Assembly (NCBI GenBank): GCA_022402445.1
Contig: JAKRSF010000004.1
Span: 562,120 to 586,119 of the forward strand
From: Cyanobacteriota bacterium
GTDB lineage: Bacteria > Cyanobacteriota > Cyanobacteriia > CACIAM-69d
Direction of reading: 5' to 3'
DNA: 24,000 nt
Shown: positions 10,301 to 17,660 of the stretch, one piece after another
How the letters are laid out: each line of letters opens with the position of its first letter
Numbering within the stretch: the first letter of the stretch is position 1
The notes under the pieces: generated by a model
Told to the model about the DNA's origin: nothing
What the model saw: the letters and a program-made list of their open reading frames with translations, nothing else
Databases searched by the model: none
Program-made: the position numbers and the translations under genes

Positions 10301-10397
10301 CAACGATGTCTAGCCGATCGCAGATGGCGAGGATATCTCGATTTTCCAGGTTCAATTCTTTGGATAGTTCGTAAATTCTGACTCGGCCGGTGCTCAT
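7341..10397 (-). CDS. infB: Translation initiation factor IF-2
   Basis: N-terminus [29 protein letters not shown], a long Pro/Ala-rich linker, G-domain [27 protein letters not shown] and NKIDK, and conserved C-terminal domains. The ATG at 10397 has GAGGAAAG upstream and gives 1018 aa. The track's 10430 start adds 11 unlikely residues. Confidence 0.97.
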   Translation of the reverse strand: MSTGRVRIYELSKELNLENRDILAICDRLDIVAKSHSSTIDEDDAVRIRSEAKNQPASRPPAPPVAPVRPSSPASPPSPGGDPQGSNAPQKILEIRSTQTRPVTKPVRPSMSDSPTPPQPPAPRPNAAKLVSPPARPAAPRTVPKPIAPSANSAPETAPEGGAIAPPPKPEPKADPKPEVKLVARPEPPKLVKPPARQTAPAPSASTVSAPTPRLAPPSKPSRPGPSRPGPTKAAGGEKGAPVTDAGRPKPTIVELRRPKPVKPAGAPVPAGGIEGDEEDSVKLLDKPTRPTKPSADAGTEAGDGTTDTYESRLKRPTPTRTPRKGTAKVWEDERPEVRPAKEKVKGKRRTQIDLDDDEEFDDSLDGANGPEREQVSLSIARPPKPKGAGSPKPQPAPTKAPTPKRRSRPSRDRREAARNLRPERPEILSLQDNMTVAELARTLVVPETEIIKRLFLKGMAVNINQTLDMATITMVAEEMGVLVETTVKESAARKVTEMLDLSDLESLQRRPPVVTIMGHVDHGKTTLLDSIRKTKVAQGEAGGITQHIGAYHVDVEHNGAPQKIVFLDTPGHEAFTAMRARGTRVTDIAVLVVAADDGVRPQTLEAISHARAAKVPMVVAVNKIDKEGANPDRVKQELSEHGLVPEEWGGDTIVVPVSALKGDNLDELLENILLVSEVEELSANPDRLAKGTVIEAHLDRARGPVASLLVQNGTLRVGDVLLAGSSLGKVRAMVDDRGNRVDEAGPSFAVEVLGLNDVPAAGDEFDVFESEREAKALASDRSDEQRQSRLQQAMASRRVSLTTLSGQIQEGELKELNLILKADVQGSVEAILGSLQQLPQNEVQVRVLLAAPGEVTETDVDLAAASNAVIVGFNTTLATGARRAADEAGVDVREYAVIYKLLDEIQAAMEGLLDPEEVEEPLGQAEVRAVFPVGRGAVAGCYVQSGKLVRDCLLRVHRGKELVHEGRLNSLKRMRDDVKEVNTGFECGIGVDSFSQWQEGDVLEAFKMVAKRRTLSA
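9706..9735 (-). repeat. 15-bp tandem duplication (GGGCCGGGGCGACTG / GGGCCGGGGCGGCTG) encoding [10 protein letters not shown] in the IF-2 linker
   Basis: Read directly from the sequence. The two units differ by one mismatch. Confidence 0.85.
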
Positions 10398-10679
10398 CCA
10401 GTACTTTCCTCGGTTCTCAATGCGTCTCAACTACAATGGCGTCACGACATGGCAACTCACCGTTTTGGCGGCAGTGGATACTGCTCGGGTTTGCAATCGT
10501 TACGGACAGTGGGCAAGCTCGGGGGCCGAAAGGGTCGATTCTAGGACACTTCAGGGACCAAGCTGGCGGGAAAGGCTCCATGGCTGCTTTCCCATCGCTC
10601 CCATCATTATGGCGCGATGCTGAAGGGGTCTGTCGAACAGCGAAGCGCGGGGCGGAAGGGCTGCGCGATCACGCTCCCC

Positions 10680-10937
10680 CTAGGGATGGGTACGCAAACG
10701 GTTCCAGAGGGATTGGTAAACGTCAGGGGGAACGGGGGCCTTGAGGACTTTGCTCAAGCGATTTTTCCGCTGGGCGCTGTTCAGACAGGCTTCGGTGGGA
10801 CAAAGGTAGACGGATCGCCCCATGCCCCGATCTAACTGTACCTGATGGGATGGGTGCAGGCGGATGATCCGCCAAAACTCGGTGCGGTGACCGAGGCGGC
10901 GGCAACTGATGCAGCGCCGGTGGTTGGGGGGGGCCAT
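10680..10937 (-). CDS. ylxR: YlxR/DUF448 family RNA-binding protein (RnpM-like), between nusA and infB
   Basis: MAPPNHRRCISCRRLGHRTEFWRIIRL...GRSVYLCPTEACL is the YlxR pattern (RRC.SCR, GRG.Y.C). Its position between nusA and infB is the conserved one. The internal ATG at 10937 avoids overlap with the nusA 3' end. Confidence 0.85.
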   Translation of the reverse strand: MAPPNHRRCISCRRLGHRTEFWRIIRLHPSHQVQLDRGMGRSVYLCPTEACLNSAQRKNRLSKVLKAPVPPDVYQSLWNRLRTHP

Positions 10938-10977
10938 GGGGCGATCGCGGTGGACTTGGGTTAATGGTTCTTGGGGG

Positions 10978-12441
10978 CTACTCCTCTTCGCCCACGGTGT
11001 CTTCAGCGTCGTCTTCGGCCTCCTCTTCGTCTCCAAGGTCGCCGTCGTCGTCCGCCGCCTCCGGGTCGAGGTCCTCGTCCGCGTTGTCTTCGTCCGTGGC
11101 GTCTAGGCTGTCCCCAGGGGCGATCGCGGCGTCATCGAGGGCCGTGGTTTCCCCATCGCTTTCCCCGTCGGGGGCGATTTCCTCGGCGTAATCCTCCCCA
11201 TACTCATCGCCGTAGTCATCGTCGTCATAGGCCGCGATCGCCGCCGCCGCCAACTCCGCCGCCCGAGCTTCCGCCCACTCCGCCGCCTTCTGGTCCTCCT
11301 CCTCCCGGTCATACTTCGCCACATCGCGAATATCAATCTTCCAGCCGGTCAGACGGGCCGCGAGGCGCACATTTTGGCCCTCCTTCCCGATCGCGAGGCT
11401 CAGCTGATCATCGGGCACCAGCACATGGGCCTGACGATCCTCCGTATTCATCAACCGCACCTCCTCCACCCGCGCCGGACTCAGGGCATTGGCAATATAA
11501 GTAGACGGATCCGGCGACCAGCGGATCACATCAATCTTCTCGCCCCGCAGTTCATTGACCACCACCTGAATCCGCGACCCGCGCGCGCCAATGCAGGCCC
11601 CCACCGGATCCACATCCCGCTCCACCGTATCCACGGCAATCTTGGTGCGCGGCCCCACATAGCGCGACGGGGGATTTGCTTCCCGTGCCACGGCGACAAT
11701 GCGGACAATCTCGTCCTCGATTTCCGGCACCTCGTTGGCGAAGAGGTACACCACCAGCCCCGCGTCGGCGCGAGACACCAGCAGTTGCGCCCCCCGCTGG
11801 GACCCTTCGCACACCCGTTTCAGATACACCTTGACGGTGGCGTTGGCGCGGTAGTTGTCATTGGGCAACTGTTCCCGGCGGGGCAGTTCCGCCTCCACCT
11901 CGGGCTGGCCGTAGCCGCTGCTGACGGCGATGATCACCGACTGGCGCTCGAACCGCAGAACGCGCCCCTGGAGGACGGTGCCCTCGAGATCTTGAAATTC
12001 CTCTTGGATCAGCTTGCGCTGTTGATCGCGCAGCTTTTGGGCCAGGACTTGCTTGGTTTGGATGGCGGCCATGCGCCCAAAGTCGCCGCGATCGGGGGTG
12101 ACATCCAGAATGACCGTATCGCCAAGCTGGGCCTCGGCGGCGACGGCCTGCACCTCGTCGAGGGCGATTTCGTGGTCGGGATTTTCGACCGCTTCGACGA
12201 TGCTCTTGGTGGAGAGGACGCGAAAACCCTCTTCGTCGATGTCGAGTTCTACTTCAAAGTTTTCAAAGTAGGTTTCATCGAAGGTGACGCGGCTGTCCAT
12301 TTCCTGGGTGCGGCGATAGCGCTCATACCCCTTGAGGAGGGCTTCCCGCAGGGCGGCCTGGACGGATTGCTTGGGCAGGTTCCGTTCGCGGCTGATGCTT
12401 TCGATCATTTCCTGGAGGCCAGGGAGGCGGACCATAGACAT
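10978..12441 (-). CDS. nusA: Transcription termination/antitermination factor NusA with a long acidic C-terminal tail
   Basis: MSMVRLPGLQEMIESISRERNLPKQSVQAALREALLKGYERY (NusA N-terminal domain), an S1 region (GTVLQGRVLRFERQSVII) and KH domains (VGACIGARGSRIQ, LAIGKEGQNVRLAARLTGWKIDI). The ATG at 12441 is preceded by AAGGAG. The track's 12522 start adds 27 residues from a C-rich leader. Confidence 0.95.
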   Translation of the reverse strand: MSMVRLPGLQEMIESISRERNLPKQSVQAALREALLKGYERYRRTQEMDSRVTFDETYFENFEVELDIDEEGFRVLSTKSIVEAVENPDHEIALDEVQAVAAEAQLGDTVILDVTPDRGDFGRMAAIQTKQVLAQKLRDQQRKLIQEEFQDLEGTVLQGRVLRFERQSVIIAVSSGYGQPEVEAELPRREQLPNDNYRANATVKVYLKRVCEGSQRGAQLLVSRADAGLVVYLFANEVPEIEDEIVRIVAVAREANPPSRYVGPRTKIAVDTVERDVDPVGACIGARGSRIQVVVNELRGEKIDVIRWSPDPSTYIANALSPARVEEVRLMNTEDRQAHVLVPDDQLSLAIGKEGQNVRLAARLTGWKIDIRDVAKYDREEEDQKAAEWAEARAAELAAAAIAAYDDDDYGDEYGEDYAEEIAPDGESDGETTALDDAAIAPGDSLDATDEDNADEDLDPEAADDDGDLGDEEEAEDDAEDTVGEEE

Positions 12442-12558
12442 GGGGGTGGGGTGCTCCTTTTTTTGGGGTTGTGGGGGGGTGAAGTTGGCCTTGGAACTAG
12501 GGTTTGTCTGTCCTTCGTTCAAGTGGCTTCAAAACCTGATGCCATCGTTGCTGGGCCG

Positions 12559-12587
12559 GTGGGGCAAGGGGCTTGGGTCCCTTGTCT
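12559..12587 (-). repeat. Hairpin module copy B: AGACAAGGGA-cccaa-GCCCCTTGCCCCAC (rimP-nusA spacer)
   Basis: Read directly as the reverse complement of 12559..12587. The arms of 10 and 14 nt are identical to copy A and only the loop differs. Confidence 0.8.
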
Positions 12588-12638
12588 GAGTCGCCGGAGC
12601 GGATGATTTGGGTTGATTGGAGGGGTGGGTTGGGGGTG

Positions 12639-13106
12639 CTATTCGGGGGTGCCGTCGGCGAGGCGCACCTGTTCGATGAGGTCGCGGGGGATGGTGACGG
12701 GGCGGCCTTTTTGGGAGAGGCGTACGCTGCTGTCGTCGCGGCCTAGAAGGGTGCCTTCCCAGTGGCTTTTGCCCTTGTGGGGTTCGCGGGTGGTGATGGT
12801 GACTTCAAAGCCTTTGAAGGAGATGAATTCGCGATCGCTGGTGAGGATGGGGGAGAGGCCGGGGCTGGAGACTTCGAGGACGTAGGCGTCGGGCAGCACT
12901 TGCGCTTCGTCGAGGACGGTTTCGAGGGCGCGGCTCATGCGTTCGCAGTCGTCGAGCCCGGTATCGCTTTGGGGGTTGCGGACATCCACGCGCAGGACGG
13001 GGGGGCTTTGGTTGGTGTGGAAGGCGGCGGCGACCACTTCGAGCGCTAGGTCGCGGGCGACGGGGGCGGCGAGGTCAAGGATGGTGGGGATTAGCGGATG
13101 GGTCAT
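12639..13106 (-). CDS. rimP: Ribosome maturation factor RimP
   Basis: It lies directly upstream of nusA. LEVSSPGL..IL..DREF..F.G..V matches the RimP core motif. The ATG at 13106 gives 155 aa. Confidence 0.85.
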   Translation of the reverse strand: MTHPLIPTILDLAAPVARDLALEVVAAAFHTNQSPPVLRVDVRNPQSDTGLDDCERMSRALETVLDEAQVLPDAYVLEVSSPGLSPILTSDREFISFKGFEVTITTREPHKGKSHWEGTLLGRDDSSVRLSQKGRPVTIPRDLIEQVRLADGTPE

Positions 13107-13181
13107 CGACGGGCGGGCGGCGGCCAGGGGCGAGATATTCGGTTGGGGGGCAAGGGGCGGTGTGGGGCGGTGGGTGACCAC

Positions 13182-13208
13182 AAAAAAAGCCGGTACTTTT
13201 TCACCGAC
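13182..13208 (-). terminator. Candidate intrinsic terminator after the 13311..14852 gene, upstream of rimP
   Basis: The minus strand reads GTCGGT-gaaaaagt-ACCGGC followed by TTTTTTT. The stem is 6 bp including one G-U pair. Confidence 0.45.
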
Positions 13209-13310
13209 TCGAAACGCTTTGGGTTGCAAAAACGTTTGGGCTGGGGTGGCGCGATCGCCACCTCGCCTAACAAGATTACCCTACGGTTTGAGTTCGCGCC
13301 AAGGGATGGT

Positions 13311-14852
13311 CTAGAGCCGTGGTTTTCCGGCTTTGATGCGGAGCCGTTCGGACTCTTCGAGCAGTTCGAGGGAGTCGCTGGTGTCGCGGGCGCGGCGGAC
13401 GTAGCTGAGTTTGAGTTCTTCGAGCAAATCCCAAACGAGCTTCTGGAGTTCGTCGAGGGTTTCCTTGCGCCCCAGTTCGGCCCGGAAGGTGTCTCCCCCT
13501 TTGGCGACGAGGCGATCGAGGTGGGCTTCGGCGCTGGGGGCGAGGGGGCTCGTGAGGCTGGCGTAGGCGGCGCGGGGGGCTCCGGTGGCGGCGATCGCCA
13601 GGGCCAGGGCGGCCTGCTGGGCCAGGTGGTGGGGCAGGGCATCAAGGCCGGGGATGCCCTTGAAGTTTTGGTAGGCGGGCAGTTGCTGGAGGGTGTACTC
13701 AAGCTGGGCCGCGAGGAAGGCTTCTAGTTCTGGCCGCAACTCCGGCAGGACGCGATCGACGGCTAGCTGCACCAGACGGTCCGCGATCGCCTGGATCTCA
13801 TTGACATCATTAATTTCCACGTAGGTGGTGGCGGTGGCCCCCAGCAGTTGATCCGCCAGGGCACCGGACTTGACCCCCCGCTGGAAACCGTTGACCATTT
13901 CGAGCACCACCACTTCCGTCAGTTCCGAGGCGAGGCTGGCGGCGAAACTCCGGCTGATCAGGGCGCGGATGGGCTCTAGGTTCGGAAAATTGGCGCGGTT
14001 ACTGCGGCTGACCACGGGAATGATCCGCAGCCAGCGCCAGAAGGGCAGCAGAAACAGCAGATCGCTCCAGTTATTCAAGGCGGCGGCGCGCCAGGTCAGA
14101 TCGCGGTAGCGGCGTTTGGTGGAAAGGGTGCGAAAGAGGAAATCGATCGCGAACAGAATGATAAAAGGCGTGTCGAGGATGGCGAAATAGTCGGCGGGCT
14201 GGCCGTTTTCGCCAATGCTGCGGAAATAGTTGGACTGGAGGGCGAAGCGGATTTCCTGATCAAAAAAGGCCAGTTCCCGATCCCAGCGGCTGCGGCTGAG
14301 GTATTGCACGCTCCAAAATTCATTGAAGGCCGCGATCGCGGAATCATTGCCCACCCGTTCCCGCACCCGATTTTTGATGCGCTCTAGGCTGCCGGTGCGC
14401 TCGGCAATTTCAAAGGGATTTTGGAGGATCATCTCCTCACTGCGCTGGCGCAATTCCGCCAGGATCGGCGGCACCTCCGGCGATTGAATCCCGCCGGTGA
14501 AGAGGGCCTCCTGGAGGCGATCGACCGTCTGGAGATAGCGCACGGTCATGCGTTCCGGCTCGATGCCCTTGATGGGGTCATAGGGCAGCGTATTCAGGCC
14601 GGGGGGGCCAATCAGGGGCGTCAGCCAGGGATATTCCGGCCCCATATCCCGCAACACCAGGGCCGCCCGCAGGTAGAACGATCGCAGGGGCACATAGGTC
14701 ATGTTGAAGGCCACCAGCAGCAGGTTCGCCCAGGCCACTAAAATTAGGCCCCGTTCAATCCAGAGGCGAATCGGAAACTTGGGGAGCCGCTGGAGCAGTT
14801 GCTTGGGGGATGCGGTGGCGGCGCGATCGCGGGGGGAAGGGGCCATGGGCAT
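13311..14852 (-). CDS. Conserved-looking membrane protein with a voltage-sensor-like (S1...S2-S3-S4) arrangement and no recognisable pore; function unknown
   Basis: The 513-aa ORF has coding-like composition throughout. Hydrophobic helices fall at about residues 28-53, 222-243 and 258-285. The segment FAILDTPFIILFAIDFLFRTLSTKRRYRDLTWRAAALNNWSDLLFLLPFWRWLRIIPVVSRSNR resembles ion-transport-family S2/S3/S4. The remainder is predicted soluble and helical. Confidence 0.7.
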   Translation of the reverse strand: MPMAPSPRDRAATASPKQLLQRLPKFPIRLWIERGLILVAWANLLLVAFNMTYVPLRSFYLRAALVLRDMGPEYPWLTPLIGPPGLNTLPYDPIKGIEPERMTVRYLQTVDRLQEALFTGGIQSPEVPPILAELRQRSEEMILQNPFEIAERTGSLERIKNRVRERVGNDSAIAAFNEFWSVQYLSRSRWDRELAFFDQEIRFALQSNYFRSIGENGQPADYFAILDTPFIILFAIDFLFRTLSTKRRYRDLTWRAAALNNWSDLLFLLPFWRWLRIIPVVSRSNRANFPNLEPIRALISRSFAASLASELTEVVVLEMVNGFQRGVKSGALADQLLGATATTYVEINDVNEIQAIADRLVQLAVDRVLPELRPELEAFLAAQLEYTLQQLPAYQNFKGIPGLDALPHHLAQQAALALAIAATGAPRAAYASLTSPLAPSAEAHLDRLVAKGGDTFRAELGRKETLDELQKLVWDLLEELKLSYVRRARDTSDSLELLEESERLRIKAGKPRL

Positions 14853-14925
14853 GGGGAAAAGGCTCAGGACATGGGAATCCCGAGGGATCCGTTGGCTGCA
14901 TTATGCCTGGGAATCGCCATTCCCG

Positions 14926-15909
14926 TTAAGGGTTACCCCAAACCATCCGCAGGGCAATGAAGCCCCCGAGGGCCGCGATCGCAATCCAGTCGCGCGATCG
15001 CAACTGCGGCGCATAGAGGGGCATTTCATGGCGTTCCACGGCGGTGAACCCCCGCGCCTTCATGGCGGAGGCCATCTGATCCGCCCGCATCAGCAAATTG
15101 TCCAGCAGCCGTTCCGCTAGGGTGATCCAGATCGTAATCGCGCCGCGGAAGCCAATTTTTTTCCAATTAATTGCCCGGGTCCGCACCGCCCGCACCAGGT
15201 TTTGCACCTCTTCGAGCACCAGGGGAATGAACCGCAGGGCCAGGGTGAGGGTGAGCACCACCTCCGTGACGGGGAAACGCAGCCGCGCCAGGGGGCTGAG
15301 GAGGGTTTCTAGGCCAGCGGCGATTTCCTCCGGGGCGGTGGTGAGCAAATACAGCGTGGTGCTGTAGATCAAAATAAAAATCAAACTGCCCAGGCGCACC
15401 CCGAGGCCGAGCGATCGCCGGGAAATTTTGATCGGCCCCCGCTCCACCAGCCAATAGCGGTAGTCCGTGGGGGGCGCAAACTGGGGCTCCGGGGGCAGCG
15501 GGGTGCGATCGTCCGGCACCGGCGCTTGGCGAAAGGGCCACCAGCGGGGACCAGGGGGCACCGGCGGCAACCGCTGGGTCTGGGCAAAGGTCAGGGGCGT
15601 CGCCGGTAGCCGGGGGCGATAGTCGATCGCGTAACCGTCCGGCGAGAGGGCCGTCAGCAGCACCACAAAACTGCCAATGGTCAACAGCCACACCATCTGA
15701 TTGCGCCACACCCGCGCCGGAATCCCCGCCGCCAGGGTCAGCAGCACCAGCACCGCCGCGATCGCGAGGCGAAAGATCCCCGACGCCAGGATCGGCACCA
15801 GCAAAAACGCCAGCAGCCATCCCAACTTCACCCGCGCATCCAGCCGATGCAGCCAGGTGACCGGCTTTTCGAGATAGAGCCCCAGGGGCAGCGATCGCAT
15901 CAAATCCAT
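14926..15909 (-). CDS. ecfT: ECF transporter transmembrane (T) component, CbiQ/EcfT family
   Basis: N-terminus LHRLDARVKL, multiple TM helices, and the two coupling-helix motifs (LRFIPLVLEEVQNLVRAVRTRA and ADQMASAMKARGF, i.e. the Ala-Arg-Gly signature). A Pro-rich insertion spans residues ~90-155. Confidence 0.8.
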   Translation of the reverse strand: MDLMRSLPLGLYLEKPVTWLHRLDARVKLGWLLAFLLVPILASGIFRLAIAAVLVLLTLAAGIPARVWRNQMVWLLTIGSFVVLLTALSPDGYAIDYRPRLPATPLTFAQTQRLPPVPPGPRWWPFRQAPVPDDRTPLPPEPQFAPPTDYRYWLVERGPIKISRRSLGLGVRLGSLIFILIYSTTLYLLTTAPEEIAAGLETLLSPLARLRFPVTEVVLTLTLALRFIPLVLEEVQNLVRAVRTRAINWKKIGFRGAITIWITLAERLLDNLLMRADQMASAMKARGFTAVERHEMPLYAPQLRSRDWIAIAALGGFIALRMVWGNP

Positions 15910-15950
15910 GGCATTAAATCCAATTGACCCCCGATCGCGCCCAATTTACC

Positions 15951-17309
15951 CTAAACCCGCGTGGCCCGGTTGGCCGATCGCTCAATCTCGCGGGTCTTCT
16001 TACCGCGCCACAGGAGCCGCACCGGCGTCCCCTCAAACCCCAACTCCTTACGGATCTGGGCGGCAATATAGCGGCGGTAATTGTCATTAAACCGCTTCGG
16101 CTCATTGACAAATAGCGCGATCGTCGGCGGCTGGGCGGCCACCTGGGTGCCGTAATAGATCTTGCCCTGCTTGCCCTGGCGGTTCGTGGGGGGCGAATGC
16201 CAGCGCACCGCTTCCTCAAGCACCTCATTAATCACCGCAGTGGTCACCCGGCGGCGATGCTGCTCCGCGCTGATGTCCACCAGGTCCAAAATCTTCGGCA
16301 CCCGCTGGCCCGTCAGGGCGCTGGTGAAAATGATTTCTGCCCAATCGATGAAATACAGGCGGCTCCGTAGCTCCCGTTCCACCTGATAAATGGTGTCGGA
16401 ATCCTTCTCCACCGCGTCCCATTTATTGACCACGATGATGCAGGCTTTGCCGTCATCTTCGATGCGGTTGGCGAGGCGCTGATCCTGCTCCGTCACCCCA
16501 TCGAGCACGTCAATGACCAGCAGCACCACATCGGCGCGATCGATGGCCTTAAAGGAGCGGTTGATGCTGAAAAATTCCGGCCCATATTCCACATTTTTCT
16601 TGCGCCGGATGCCCGCCGTATCCACGAGGCGATAGCGCTGGCCGTTGCGCTCCACCACCGTATCGATCGCGTCGCGCGTCGTGCCAGAAATGGGGCTAAC
16701 AATGGCCCGCTGTTCCCCCAAAAAGGCATTGAGCAGGCTGGATTTGCCCACATTGGGACGGCCCACGATCGCCACATTAATTTCCGGCTCAGCGGGAATT
16801 TCCGCATTGGCGGGGAAATGGGTCACCACCGCATCGAGCAGATCCCCCGTGCCGTTGCCGTGGATGCCGGACACCGGAAAGGGTTGACCGAGGCCCAACT
16901 CCCAAAACTCCGCCGCCATGGCGAGGCCCTGTTCAATGGATTCGCACTTGTTCACCGCCAGCAGGGCAGGGCGCGGGTGCCGCCGCAGCCAGTCGGCAAT
17001 TTCGCGATCGGCCTCCGTCAGGCCCACCATGCCATCGACCACCATCACGGCGACGGCGGCTTCCTCTAGGGCGGCGAGGGCCTGCTGACGAATCAGGGGC
17101 AAAAATTCCGTATCGTCATCGAACACCAATCCCCCCGTATCCACCACGAGGAAGTCGCGCCCATTCCAAAAGGCGGGGCGGTAGGTGCGATCGCGCGTAA
17201 TCCCTGGCTCATCAAAGACGATGGAGGATTTATCCCCCGTTAGGCGATTCGCGATCGTTGATTTCCCAACATTTGGGCGACCGATAATCGCCACAATTGG
17301 CAGTGCCAT
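15951..17309 (-). CDS. der: Ribosome-biogenesis GTPase Der (EngA), tandem G-domains plus KH-like domain
   Basis: [22 protein letters not shown] and NKCE (G-domain 1); [24 protein letters not shown] and NKWD (G-domain 2); and a C-terminal KH-like region. The ATG at 17309 is the canonical start. The track's 17333 start adds 8 residues. Confidence 0.95.
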   Translation of the reverse strand: MALPIVAIIGRPNVGKSTIANRLTGDKSSIVFDEPGITRDRTYRPAFWNGRDFLVVDTGGLVFDDDTEFLPLIRQQALAALEEAAVAVMVVDGMVGLTEADREIADWLRRHPRPALLAVNKCESIEQGLAMAAEFWELGLGQPFPVSGIHGNGTGDLLDAVVTHFPANAEIPAEPEINVAIVGRPNVGKSSLLNAFLGEQRAIVSPISGTTRDAIDTVVERNGQRYRLVDTAGIRRKKNVEYGPEFFSINRSFKAIDRADVVLLVIDVLDGVTEQDQRLANRIEDDGKACIIVVNKWDAVEKDSDTIYQVERELRSRLYFIDWAEIIFTSALTGQRVPKILDLVDISAEQHRRRVTTAVINEVLEEAVRWHSPPTNRQGKQGKIYYGTQVAAQPPTIALFVNEPKRFNDNYRRYIAAQIRKELGFEGTPVRLLWRGKKTREIERSANRATRV

Positions 17310-17499
17310 AGCAGTGCCATCTCCTGGTCCCAAAACCTGAACGAAATCTTGAACGGTTAATTCGAGCGAGGCCCGATCGCCCGCCTGGGTCAGGGGTGGT
17401 CGATGGGGGTGCGCTTGCGATCAAGTGAATTGACTAGTGTAGCGGTTTTATGTTGAAGTCTACGGCTTTTTTATCTTATGCGATGGGTTGAACCGTGTT

Positions 17500-17515
17500 G
17501 CGATCGCGCGATCGC
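17500..17515. repeat. Two abutting HIP1 octamers (GCGATCGCGCGATCGC) in the der/COP23 divergent intergenic region
   Basis: Read directly from the sequence. HIP1 is the highly iterated palindrome of cyanobacteria. Confidence 0.95.
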
Positions 17516-17547
17516 TTGGAGAACCCATTATTTTCCTTGGGAAATTG

Positions 17548-17564
17548 CCCTAGATTCCCTAGGG
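17548..17564 (+). repeat. Direct repeat CCCTAG-AT-TCCCTAGG about 100 nt upstream of the COP23 gene; candidate regulatory site
   Basis: Read directly from the sequence. It is related to the repeat at 18536..18553. Confidence 0.3.
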
Positions 17565-17660
17565 CGGCGCAGGATCAGGTCGGGGAAACGGGCACTTTTT
17601 GGCGCGATCGCCCGTCCAGGCTATTGGAGCCATACCCGTTACGGGGAGGGAGCAAAGCCA

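Noticed and set aside
10349-10358. GGTTCAATTC, resembling a tRNA T-loop
   Set aside because: It lies inside the conserved N-terminal coding sequence of infB, and no acceptor, D or anticodon arms can be built around it.
17301-17320. A 10-nt duplication ATGGCACTGC (11-bp period, minus strand) that duplicates the der start codon and opens a 26-codon out-of-frame uORF
   Set aside because: It is real in the sequence, but a single short duplication with no supporting signal (no Shine-Dalgarno for the upstream ATG that I can see) is most simply a slippage event. It would only be worth revisiting if conserved in relatives.
17430-17480. An AT-rich patch with TTGACT, TTGAAG and TATCTT/TCTTAT hexamers, considered as sigma-70-type promoters for der or COP23
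   Set aside because: No -35/-10 pair has acceptable spacing (13-15 nt, or a poor -10). I cannot assign a promoter with confidence without TSS data.
17478-17660. N-terminal extensions offered by the ORF track: COP23 from 17478, TPR from 18995, infB from 10430, nusA from 12522, rimP from 13229, der from 17333, ilvE from 4881, ylxR from 11036
   Set aside because: In each case an internal start reproduces the canonical family N-terminus or places a signal peptide at the N-terminus. The extension is compositionally non-coding or overlaps the neighbouring gene.
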